Origin: Anthoceros angustus
Taxonomy: Eukaryota; Plantae; Anthocerotophyta
DNA length: 64,000 bases
Reading direction: 5' to 3'
Assembly: GCA_010909165.1 (NCBI GenBank)
Contig: MU008151.1
Span: 434,001-498,000, forward strand
Numbering within the stretch: the stretch's first letter is position 1; each line of letters opens with the position of its first letter. The notes beneath the pieces were generated by a model, which was given only the letters and a program-made list of their open reading frames with translations, did not search any database and was not told the DNA's origin. Below are positions 20,948 to 35,513 of this stretch, one piece after another. A program made the translations under genes and the position numbers.

Positions 20948-22162
20948 CTAACGAGGCCTTAAGACTCTCTGTAATCAAGGCAACATGTCGGATTAGAAGG
21001 AAAGGTCAAAGTACAGATGCTATGAAGAATATCTGATGATCAAAATACTCACCCTTGGAACGTTTGCAGCCACAGCAGTTTGGTCGTCATCAGCGTTGTC
21101 AGTAGCGGATATTTCATTGTCCAGCTTGAAGTAAGTGTCCAACGACAACATCGAAAAGGGTCTAATTTGATTCACTTCCATTGCCGAAAGATTTTTCATC
21201 TGCCACAACGAGCCCGCAGTGGCCGATTAGTAGAGAAGGAAAGAAGACCTGCCAAATGACATGGATTTTGATTGAAGTGGCCATCACCCACCATCTTACT
21301 TTCACAGCATGTGTTCTACCAGACAGCTTGGGGAATCCATTGTCAATTTTGTCCCGTCTAACGTTTTGGACGTCCTCAACTTTCGTACGAACCTGCCGAG
21401 GTGGTATTGTTAGCTAAACCAGTGGTGACTCATGTGTGAAGATACCAGTATTGTATGCCTGGGCCATGTGTCTACTGCTCACCTCGAAGGCTCTGTTCTG
21501 CAACTCTGTCTCACTGCAACAAGCATCAGGGTTTAGCATCAGCAAAGCATTGGTGGCTGCACTGCGGCAGAAAGGGTGGAAAACACCACATGACATACTT
21601 GACCAGGACAAGACGTGCCAACTCGATGTAGTGAAATGGGAGAGACTGAAACTCCACCGGTGCTTCCTTTTCGGCATCTAGAGCTTGAGCAAGTTTCTCT
21701 GGCACCAGAGCAGAAGAACATATTCGCTCAATGAGCAGGGCAGAGTGAAAGCAGAGAGAGTTGAGGACACACCTGCAGACATCCAGTCGGGGATTTGAAT
21801 TCTGCATTTCCCACGTTTCTTCAATGCAATGCCGAGCCAAGCAGGAACTTTGATGGGAACCTGAGGAAGAAATGGACCGTAGTCTCCCTGTGGGAACACC
21901 CAACAAGATGTAAAAGATGTTGCGACATTGCAGCCAAATTTGAGGGAAGAACACGCAGGCAGACATACACAGATGAGGCGTAGCGTGTCCATACGGACGT
22001 TGGGCACGATCTCAACATCCTCTCCTTCAGCTAAGAACTCTATCTGCACACAAGGTGAATTTGAGGAACATGCAAGCCTGCCAAAACATTTTGCTGCAAC
22101 TGGATCGCTCGTCCAGGCCGACTTGCCTCAGCAGGTGTGAAAGGGTTGAGCGTGGTGTCCAT
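20948..22162 (-). CDS. PSF2: GINS complex subunit PSF2; first intron is GC-AG
   Basis: MDTTLNPFTPAE|IEFLAEGEDVEIVPN, GDYGPFLPQVPIKVPAWLGIALKKRGKCRI..PDWM, FQSLPFHYIELARL, NLSAMEVNQIRPF, ending RVLRPR*. Confidence 0.92.
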
Positions 22163-22767
22163 CGCCGTTGCCGCTTCAAGCCTCAGCCGGTGAGCTGCCG
22201 TGCTCGGGACTGTGTACCACCTCGGAACTTACCCAACAGAGTGCTGCTTCAGAGCTGAGCCCAGTGCCTACGGACCCAGCCCTCTCATGTTTCTTGCTCA
22301 CGCACGCTGTGTTCCGTTTGTCACTCGTGATCGCGAATGCTGGGTTTTAACGCTTCTGACTCTGCAAATTTGCAGAGATACAAGTGGAGAAGCCATGAGG
22401 TGCACGACATGTGAAGGAAGGGTCTGTGGGTGAAGGAGCTGAAGTGGTGAAATCGATTAGTAGCAGTGCAAGATGCGAGATGAGATTGCGCGACGTGCTA
22501 TACTGTCTGCCCACCATGGTTGACAATCTCCTTCTTCATGGCCTTGTGCGTGTGCAAGGGAGCATACTGGAGGTCCAAACAAGGCACCAGCAAGGTTCTG
22601 AAATATTGGAGACAGGTGAGTCAAAGTTGAAGCAATTGTTGAACAAGGAGACCAAATAGGACTGTGATGATCGGATCTGCCTTCACTTGAGGCTTGCCAA
22701 GGTAATATTGATGGGCACAGATTGTTTTACCGACACTGATGTATTCTTGGGAGCTGGATTCTGCAGT

Positions 22768-24360
22768 ATGGTACTTGTAGAGATGTCTATGGCTGCCTCC
22801 TGCAGGGCCTCGGGTGACAAGTCTGAAATAGAGAACTTATGCAAACAGGGACGGCTTGACGAGGCCCTGCTCTGCCTGGACCAGGAAAGCCCAGTGCCTT
22901 CCCACCAGGCATGCATGAAGAAGGGAGCCCTGGTGGAGACCAAGTGGGTGCATGCTCATTTGGCCAAGCATGGATTTGAGTCCAGCAAATTTTTGGGCGA
23001 GCTTGTGGCGGTAACGTTGGTGAAATGTGGCAGCCTGGCTGATGGGATGAAGCTATTCCGAAGATTGTCAAATCCAACTGCCTTCTACTGGACAGCTATC
23101 ATTTCAGGATACAGCGATGCTGAACTGCATCGAGAGGCTATCTCCTGCTACGAGCAGATGCAACAGGATGATGTGCAGCCAGATAAAATATGCTTTGGGC
23201 AGCTTACTTAAGGCATGCAGCCGGTCAGAGGACTTGGGAGCGGGATTGAAAATTCACGCTGCCATTGTGAGACGGTGTTTGGAATCCGACATGTTTGTTG
23301 GTAGCGCATTGGTCAGTATGTATGCCAAATGCGGGAGCATCAGGAATGCACACAAGGTGTTTGATAGAATGTCCCGCCGCAATGTAGTCTCATGAAATGC
23401 AATGCTCGCAGCATATTCTCAGCAGGGCCAAGCAGAGGAAGCCTTGCAGGTTTATGCTCAGAGCGACTGAAGGTGGAAGTCATCAGATCGGATGTTAGGA
23501 CCTTTGTCAGCATTCTGGAAGCTTGTGGCAGCCTTATAGAAACGGAGAGACGTGAAGACGTTGGTGTGGAGAATGTTAAGGTCAAGTCGTTGCACCTGGG
23601 TAAGGAAATACATGCTGAAGCTGGAAGCCTGGGTTTCGAGACAGACAGATTTGTTGGGAGAGCATTGATTAGTATGTATGCAAAGTGTCGAAGCGTGGTG
23701 GATGCAGAAAATGTGTTCAAAGGGCTTATCTTCACGGAGTGTGGTCTCATGGAATGCAATGCTTGCCGCGTATGCCCAGCAGGACCATGGAGAACAGTGT
23801 TTACAATTGTAAGATGCAAGGTGACGATGTCAAACCAGATGACCGGACCTTTGTCAATGCCCTCCAAGCACGTGGGTCCTTGGCGGACAAGGAGGAAGCC
23901 AAACTAATGAGGGGCTTCAAGGTGGAGTCACTGCAGAAGGGAAAAGATTTTCCTGCTGATGCTGTCGGCAGGGGCTTTCAATCGGACGTCTTTGTTGGCA
24001 GCGCACTGCTTCGTACGTATACAAAATGTGGGAGCATCATGGATGCACAAAAGGTTTTCGATGGACATATGCAGCGAATCTTGAGTCATAGAATGCAATG
24101 CTTGCAGCATATACCAAGCAGGACCAAGGAGAAAATGCCTTGTACATTTATGGGCGGATGATGGAGGAAGGTGTGAGGCCAGATGCTCGAACATTCGTCA
24201 GTGCTCTCCAAGCATGTGGGAGCCTGGCAGTCAAGGAGCAGAGTACAGTTGTGGATGGGGGCAGTGTTAAGGCGGATTCCCTGCACAAGGGGAAACAGAT
24301 ACATGCTGAAGCTGCAAGCATGGTTTTGCAGCAAACGGGTTTGTTGCAAACACGTTGGTG
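22768..24360 (+). pseudogene. PLS-class PPR pseudogene with elongated (LL-like) L motifs
   Basis: IENLCKQGRLDEAL, VKCGSLADG, WTAIISGY, SDMFVGSALVSMYAKCGS repeats. There are several frameshifts, an in-frame TGA (23393-23395) at the conserved VS-W-NAM tryptophan, and truncation against AT-rich DNA at about 24.4 kb. Confidence 0.85.
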
Positions 24361-25802
24361 ATTGTGACCATGATCCTTGCAGCATACGCCCATTTCTAGG
24401 ACTCTTTCGTCTTGTTTTTGTTCGTTGACGTAAAGTTTCCAGGGGTTTGCTTCTCGCAAACCATGGCCAAAGAGGTCCTTTCTTCGATGAGTGTTGGTTT
24501 TTGTTATTTTTCGGGGTTTTTTTTCCCGAATTTAGCCAAAACCCTTTAACCTTTTTCAATGGGACACTGCTATGGATGGATGGCTATGTAGGACTAGCAT
24601 CTACAACACAGCGTGGAAATAATGGCTATGAGGTAATTAAACTCTTGTTTGGTTTGCAAATTACTACATAGTTATGGAAGTATTATATGCAACTTCAATT
24701 ATGTGTCGTCAGATAATGCCTAGAGTTGGATAAAGGTGAGATCGATTTCTTAGAGTGCATTTCAGAAATAAGGCTACGCTACAAACACAATCTAACATTA
24801 TTTACCATCTTAAGATATAGAAAAAAAAGATACTAAACTTGGATTCTAGAATTTGTCTACCTTGTACCTTTCCACCATCGGGGCCTTCTCTAAAAGATGC
24901 GCTGGAATCCTTTGTGGGTTTCTAGTCATGAAAATAAATATTCCATGAGGGTATAGTTTTTATTCAATAAATTATATGAATAAATATGATTGTTGGTTCT
25001 CTTGAAGACGGACAATTACCATCCTTCCTAAGAGTTGATCCATAGAATGAACAAGCAGCTCAACAAGGACAATGTACTATTCTTCTTCTACTATTAAAAA
25101 GAGTTTCCTCTTGTCTAGAATAAAATGGAAAGATACGTATTTTTATAAATAATATAATATGTATTTTAAGTGATCGATGGCGAGGTTTTGGTTGAAACGA
25201 GGCATGACACCGCGCCCACGTTAGTAATCAGTGCTTTGTGCGAGGTTCGAAAAATGCACCAAGGTTGCCCGTATATTCCCGTGTGATAGAATCCGCTTTG
25301 GCAGTGCAAATCCCACAGCTGATGTTAGCGGTTGCTATCGGAAACGGGGCAGAGCCACATTCCGCGCCCGATCTCTACTTCAGCTGCTATGGCACCTCGT
25401 TCCGTGTGTGATGGACGGACAGGAGATGGCAGAGGCCCACCATCGTCCTCCCCAGCTATAGCCCATTTCAGTCCCAAGCCTTGTCTTGTCACACCTTTCC
25501 TCGAGCTCCTGGCCGCTTATTTTGTGCTCTCTCGTTCCCTGCTTTCTTGTTTCCTGCTCTCGTCGGTTGAGTTCCTCCGGAGCGTTGTGGCCATGGTCCC
25601 GACGCTCTCAAATCTCATGGCTCCCGGCAGCACTTCCACCAACAGCAGCCTCCTTCTTGCTTCCGGATGCCAGTGTCGCTGCGTCTCCATTCTGTGCACC
25701 GTCGCGGCCTTGGCGGCAGCCGGGCAGCACAGCAGGTTCTGGGCCAGGCCTGGGAAGGTGCCGGGGAGAGTTGTGGGCAGGTGCTGCTGCACCCAGTAGA
25801 GC

Positions 25803-25846
25803 TGGGTCGTGGGTTGTGGGTTGTGGGTTGTGGGTTGTGGGTTGTC
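25803..25846 (+). repeat. (GGGTTGT)n heptamer repeat just upstream of the WAKL start codon
   Basis: About 5-6 copies directly visible. Confidence 0.9.
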
Positions 25847-25857
25847 TGTCTGCCGCC

Positions 25858-27982
25858 ATGAAGAAGCTGCTCCTGGCCGTGGTGATGGCGGCGGCAATGC
25901 TGCTCCCGGCACGCTCGGGCGGCACCGAGTGCCCTGCCTGCGGGGACATGGATGTCCCGTACCCGCTCAGCACCGGTGCAGGCTGCGGGCTGCCGGGATA
26001 CAACCTGACGTGCGATGCGGAGCGGGGCGTTCTCGTCTTCCCTGCGCTGTCTGGCAACCACGACGTCCTGAGCATCGACTCGGAGTCCCGGCAGCTCATC
26101 GTGCAGCCCGGTAGCATCATCGCGAATACCTGCGTCTCGACTGAGCTCAGCAGCTTCGGCTTCAGCATCGATGAGTCGTCGCAGTTCTTCCTGGGAGACG
26201 GCAACAGCATCCTCATGTTCAATTGCTCGCAGTTTCTCCTGTACTCTCCACTCAACTGCAGTCGGGCAGGGGTTGGCAGCGAGGCCAGCCCCTGCCGCAG
26301 GTTTCTCAATGAGGTGGTAAGGGCTCCGAATCGATTCCGTTTCCCATTTGAGTCCTCCCTCCCGTTCCCCTCAAGTTTTCATTTCGTCTGGTACTGTGAA
26401 TGAGCAGGAGCCCGGAGCACGCACGGGGGGAGCCCTCAAGGCTGCTTGTTCTGCCCCACCAGGCAACATTTGCTGCAAGTACAATCCCGGGGGCCAGCGA
26501 AAAATCAATATGAATTCCACGCAGTGCTCTGCGTACACCAGCGTGGTGAATTTGGACGACAGTGTGAACGCCAGCGCGTGGACATACGGCATGCAGATCA
26601 AATGGAAGTATCGCGGATGTGTCGGGAACTGCAACCACGGCGTTCACGAAACGGCCATCATAGCAGGTGCGATGGAGAGCGTTTTCCTGAATTCATTCTG
26701 ATGGCCGGCAGCATCGCCGAGCAGTATGGGGTAAGTTTGCATGTCCTGATTCTGAGCGTGGCGCTCCCGCAGGCCTGAGCGCGGGGTTCGCGACGGTGAT
26801 GGCGGCGGCGATGATCTTCGCGGTGCTGTACAGGAAGAAGCAGGCGCTGAAGCGAGCGGAATCCCTGCGGATCCGGGAGCTCTCGGACCTGCTGGCGATG
26901 GGCAGCAGCGGGCGATCGGCCAGGGTGTTCTCGGCGCGGGAGATGAAGCGCGCGACGAGCGACTTCGCGGCGGACCGGGTGCTGGGCAGTGGAGGATTCG
27001 GGGACGTGTACCGCGGGATGCTGGACGACGGGACCGTGGTGGCAGTGAAGACGGCCAAGATCGGCAACACCAAGAGCACGGAGCAGGTGATCAACGAGGT
27101 GCGCATCCTGTCGCAGGTGAATCACCGCAACCTGGTGCGTCTCCTGGGCTGCTGCGTGGAGATGAAGCAGCCGCTGCTGGTGTACGAGTACGTGCCCAAC
27201 GGGACTCTGCTGGAGCACCTGAGCGGCGCCCGAGGCAGCGTCCTGGACTGGCTCACCCGCCTGCAGATCGCCCTGCAGACCGCCGAGGCCCTGGCGTACC
27301 TCCATTCCGCGGCCTACCCGCCCATCTACCACCGCGACGTCAAGTCCTCCAACATCCTGCTCGACGACGAGCTCAACGTCAAGGTGTCCGATTTCGGCCT
27401 CTCCCGCCTCGCCTCCCTCGACCTCACCCACGTTTCGACTTGCGCGCAAGGGACCTTGGGCTACCTGGACCCCGAGTACTACAGAAACTACCAGCTCACC
27501 GACAAGAGCGACGTCTACAGGTATGCTGCTGATTTGCCCACACACACAAGTCCCCTTCCTTCCTTCCTTCCTTCCTTCCTCATGGCATTCACTTGTTTGT
27601 CCTTTCTTCTCTTGGCAGCTTTGGGGTTGTGTTATTGGAGTTGGTAACCTCACAGCGAGCGATAGATTTTGCGAGGGATGAGGATGATGTGAATTTGGCC
27701 ATCTTTGCATTCGGGCGTCAAGAAATGGGCCAGCTTTTAGACGTGGCTGATCCTCACCTCAAGGATACCACATGGCCGACCACACTAGACACTATCTTGG
27801 CGACAGCATTGCTTGCGCTAGGCTGCTTGCAGGAGACTAGAGTTGATAGACCTCCCATGAAGGAGGTTGTCGAGGAGTTGCAAGTGATCATAGGAATTGA
27901 GGAGTCCGGTGAAAAAGTGATTCCTCAAAGTATGCACAAGCCCTATTCTTGCGCGGTGTCAAATGTTTCTGATTGTGATTGA
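25858..27982 (+). CDS. WAK-like receptor kinase (WAKL15/20-like: GUB_WAK_bind, no EGF, TM, RD kinase)
   Basis: Signal MKKLLLAVVMAAAMLL; CPACGDMDVPYPLSTGAGCG; CCKY; TM; FSAREMKRATSDF..LGSGGFGDVY, AVKTAKIGN, HRDVKSSNILLD, CAQGTLGYLDPEYYRNYQLTDKSDVY|SFGVVLLEL. Confidence 0.92.
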
Positions 27983-28492
27983 TATTTTCTCCTTCTTTTT
28001 CCTTTTTCTCTTTCCATAATTCAACTGTATGATATTATATTTTTAAATATATAAATTATCTAATCGTTACCTGGTTTTAATATATTAAATCTTTGCGCAC
28101 ATTGACATCTCGCATCAGAGAAATTGATATGCTCGGTAGAAGAAGAAGAGAATTTCACAACAACACGACTTTATCCTTCTGGGCTATTTACTCAATAATT
28201 GAATTACTATGAAAGAAGGTATTACATCTTTTTGTTGCTTGTATTTTTAAATTTTTTTGATGACACAAATCAAATCAACAGAACAAAAGGGTTTCTGAAA
28301 AGCCTTGAGTAGGGTTTTTTCCTCGATTGAGTCTTTCGTCCTAGACTAGCAACGTTAATATTGAATTTTGAATTTAAAACCCTAATAGACTAGCCGGTGT
28401 GAACTGGCTGGGTGGATATATCCTCATCTTCCCCTTTGGAAAGCCCAAAAGCTCACCTCTCTGCTTTGCTCAAGCTCAGCTCAACTATGCGA

Positions 28493-28845
28493 CTACTATT
28501 TTGATGCAAGTACGTCTATCGTCTACTCTATTTGCGATGCATAACGCTTTGTCGGTCGTCTACTACTTTGATGCAAACATGTCTACTCTTGACTGGACTT
28601 GTGATGGGTGAAGCTTCGGTAGGGTCGTCCACTACTTTGATGTAAGTATGTCTACTCTTGCCTGTGTTTGTGATATGGAAAGCTTCGGCTTGGTCCGTTT
28701 GCTATTTTGATGGAAGTATGTCTATTTGCGACTGTATTGTGATGTGCAAAGCTCAAGCTGACCCGTCTACTATTTTCGTAGAAATATGTCAATTTGCGAT
28801 TGTGTTTGTGATGCGTAAGGTTCTGGCAGGCCGTGTCTGCTACTC
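28493..28845. repeat. Tandem array of about 5 copies of an approximately 69-bp unit, plus a dispersed copy near 29037
   Basis: ctacta(t)tttgatg(c/t)aagtatgtcta..gtgat..aagct recurs near 28493, 28560, 28630, 28700 and 28767. Confidence 0.8.
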
Positions 28846-29112
28846 ATATGCTTTCCATGATTCAGTCCACTCATGGAATTATAGTTCGACAAACTTAGAA
28901 CGGGATAGGCTCGGGGCAGAATCCTCAGTAAGGCTAGGTAGGGCGCGGGCCCTACAGGAATGTTTGGAAATGGTATGGTTACTTGCTGTCGTCCTAGGGT
29001 TGGGCATGCGCTCAAATCCTCGGCTCTGTTTGTGATGTACTATTTTGATGCAAGTATGTATCTTGTTGACCTAATTGGGATATTTGGGACAGGCAATTTG
29101 AGGTTATACAAT

Positions 29113-29403
29113 ATGGAGGACTGTAAGATCTATAAAATGGAGGATTGTAAGATCTGTTGCATATGTCAATCCCTGTTGCAAAAGTTTAAAACCCTTACAC
29201 TATCATGTCATCATCGGTTCCATAAATCCTGCATCAAGAAGTGGGTAGTCGAACACTCAGGTACTTCATGCCCTCTGTGTAGGGAACCTTTGCATGAGGT
29301 TGTTTTAGAGATATTGCACTCATGCCCTCGTCATTCAAGCCGTCATCGGAACCCTCCTCACCTATGGCGAGAATCTCCTTATGATCCGTCTGCCAAAACC
29401 TAA
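29113..29403 (+). CDS. Small intronless RING-H2 (C3H2C3) E3 ubiquitin ligase-like protein (frame open from ATG 28960)
   Basis: CCIC-x13-C-H-H-RF-H-KS-C-IKK-W-x8-CPLCR: all eight zinc ligands and the conserved Trp are present. Confidence 0.75.
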   Translation: MEDCKIYKMEDCKICCICQSLLQKFKTLTLSCHHRFHKSCIKKWVVEHSGTSCPLCREPLHEVVLEILHSCPRHSSRHRNPPHLWRESPYDPSAKT

Positions 29404-29724
29404 ATCCGACGTCTCTATGCTCCTAAGCCTGCTAAAAGGTTCTTAATATAATTTAAGGACCAAGTTGGTCAGACATTGATAAATTATTACATCCATTTAG
29501 ACTCTGACTATCATATCTTAGGTGCTTCAAATGTCTTTGAGTACGAAACGTAGGTTCGTCACCTTGTTGTGACCCCGGGTCTCCCCAGGTTGTGTTATGA
29601 TAGGTGGGATTATCCCATCTCTTGTCATGCAATAAAGAGCCTCTGTTTTTCTCGTAGCGGTATATATTTTTGTTAGAATACCGAGGTCCTGTGTTGAAGC
29701 CCCGTAAGGGCGAGGGCCTGTTGC

Positions 29725-29789
29725 AGAATATTCTCTCGTGGCCGGGGGCTGGGGTTTAGGGTTTTAGGGCACTGAAGTCTGGAACCTTC
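29725..29789 (+). promoter_or_regulatory. Heat-shock-element-like and telobox motifs upstream of Cpn60
   Basis: aGAAtaTTCt at 29725-29734, GTCtgGAAccTTC at 29777-29789 and gggtttagggttttaggg at about 29752-29769, roughly 300 bp before the ATG. Confidence 0.4.
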
Positions 29790-30065
29790 GGAAATTACGG
29801 TGCACAACCGCGCGGTAAACCGTGCGGAGCACATTGCCTGACATTTCGCTTGCAGTGCGGTGTCCGAACCGTGCGTGAAACCCGGGGTCGGAACTGCGCG
29901 GGCTCCTCCTAACGCCTGCTAGAGGCGCACTAGAATTGTGCCAACGTTCTTCCGCCGTCTGAGCAGCTGGGCCGCCTCCAGATTGCGCGTTGCCGGTTGT
30001 CCGGGAATTGTGCCTCCATTCCGCTGTTCTGCCTAATCGATCCGGTTTCAACAACGTCAGGGACC

Positions 30066-33771
<3,706 letters not shown>

Positions 33772-35513
33772 TATCCGCCATTTTGCGGCGCTGTTTTCAC
33801 CTGAGTTCACAATTTTTGACCTGAGCTAGTGACGGCTTTAGAAGAGTTCTCGGGGGCAGAGGACCTGTGATGAGAGTGAGGAGTAAGGAGCAATTTGTCG
33901 GACGAATTACGATTAGGTGGACGCAGTGCGTCACTTAACGTAGAGTAAGGAACGTGCTTACTGCCGAGATGGTTGCCAATAGCGTAGAGGAGGGCGGCGT
34001 ATAGTAAGTCAATTTGGATCCCTGTTTTCTTAGGCACCGAATGTCTCACTCTATGTTAAAGAGCAATGATTTGGAGCTTCTAAATTAAATCCCGTTTCTA
34101 AATTACCCATCATAGATACCATATCTGTTTGGGGCATTCTACGGTCTGCCATAATGTATACCACATACAAAATATTTACGAAGACCAGTCTAGTGGCTTC
34201 GTCGAGTTCTTCTGAGAAGGAAATTGGCACTCATTTCAATAATATGACGTTTAAAAATCGGATCTTATACGGTTAGCCTATCTGACGGAAATCATGTCCT
34301 TAGTGGACTTCAATAAAATTCTTCTTCTTCCATCTTCAATGTTGATACAGTGTACTATGTCGCCACTCGGTGCATGCCTATCTATCAATGCCCTCAATCA
34401 TTCTGAGCACATTCCGAAGGTGGACAACAATGCCAGACTGCAAAGTGCAAGGATAAATCTAAGCTCATCAGGGTATGGCAGCCTGTGAAAGGGAACATGC
34501 CCACCAAAGTCGGCGTATGGGGAAGGGAAGAGCACTGATGCAGATAACCCATATTGTTTTTGCAAAGTTGAGAGTAGGCTATATATATCGTTTTCCAACA
34601 TAGCTTACCAGCTGGGGGAGGTGAGCGCTCTCCTGTAACCCAAGCGGGGGCGACGGGTGACAGTGGATTAGGGTCCGATCGGCTCAGGCCGGGAGCGCTG
34701 TGTAGATGCCGTGCCCGCTCCAAGCCGGGAGGTGAGTGTCTGTCTTCTCCGGAGGGAGAAGGTCGGTTCTCATTAGAGTGGGGGGCACTGCGTGAGGCGG
34801 GCAACCGAGCAGCGAATACCCCCCGCTCTCGGCAGTGGAGGGACAACATGGCAGAATGGCGACCCCGATCATCCTTCCGATCGTCAACCCGCGAACCTGT
34901 CACCCACCCACAAACATTTTTACAACTGTCCAGTGTGAGATCTCTGTCGGGAAAACCTTTGTCTCACTCACACGAATAGACTGCTTCAACCCTTCCTTCA
35001 CCCATGCACCAGCTTTCAGAAGTGCAAACGGCCCTCCGTCCCTTGTTTCATAGAGACCTCCACCGTATTTGGCCAAATTTGACTGAGGGGGAAGAAGGTA
35101 GCGTGGTGTTTTCATTCATGCGTTAGTTTCAGGGTTTTAGCACGATGACACGGGATGTTCATGTTCTTTTGTCACGGTGGCATAAAGCATTCGGAAAGAG
35201 CTCTTTGGACCCAGTAGGTGTGTTATGTATGGTATTTCACCTCCTCGTGGCCTTTTACAGCGAGCGCAGCCAAACCTCCTCTTATCGTTTGTTAATAGAC
35301 GGTGAAAGGCCAGAGGAATCCACAGCAGCTGAGATTATGACAAAATAAACAATGGTATATGCTATACACTGAAGAGGGTTGTTCACCCTGTTCAATCACT
35401 ACACTAAGAAAAATGAAAGATAACTTAAAAGATACACCTACGATCTACATCCTAAAAAACACTACAACATCGACCAGCTCTCTAGCTCAATGGAGCAAGC
35501 TCATTGCCATGTC

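Noticed and set aside
23393-23395. TGA in the PPR pseudogene as an RNA-editing-restored codon
   Set aside because: Plant C-to-U and U-to-C editing is organellar, and U-to-C would give CGA (Arg), not the required TGG (Trp).
26658-27710. 350-aa minus-strand ORF, and likewise 54568-55299 plus and 63248-63889 minus
   Set aside because: Antisense shadows of GC-rich kinase and PPR coding sequence.
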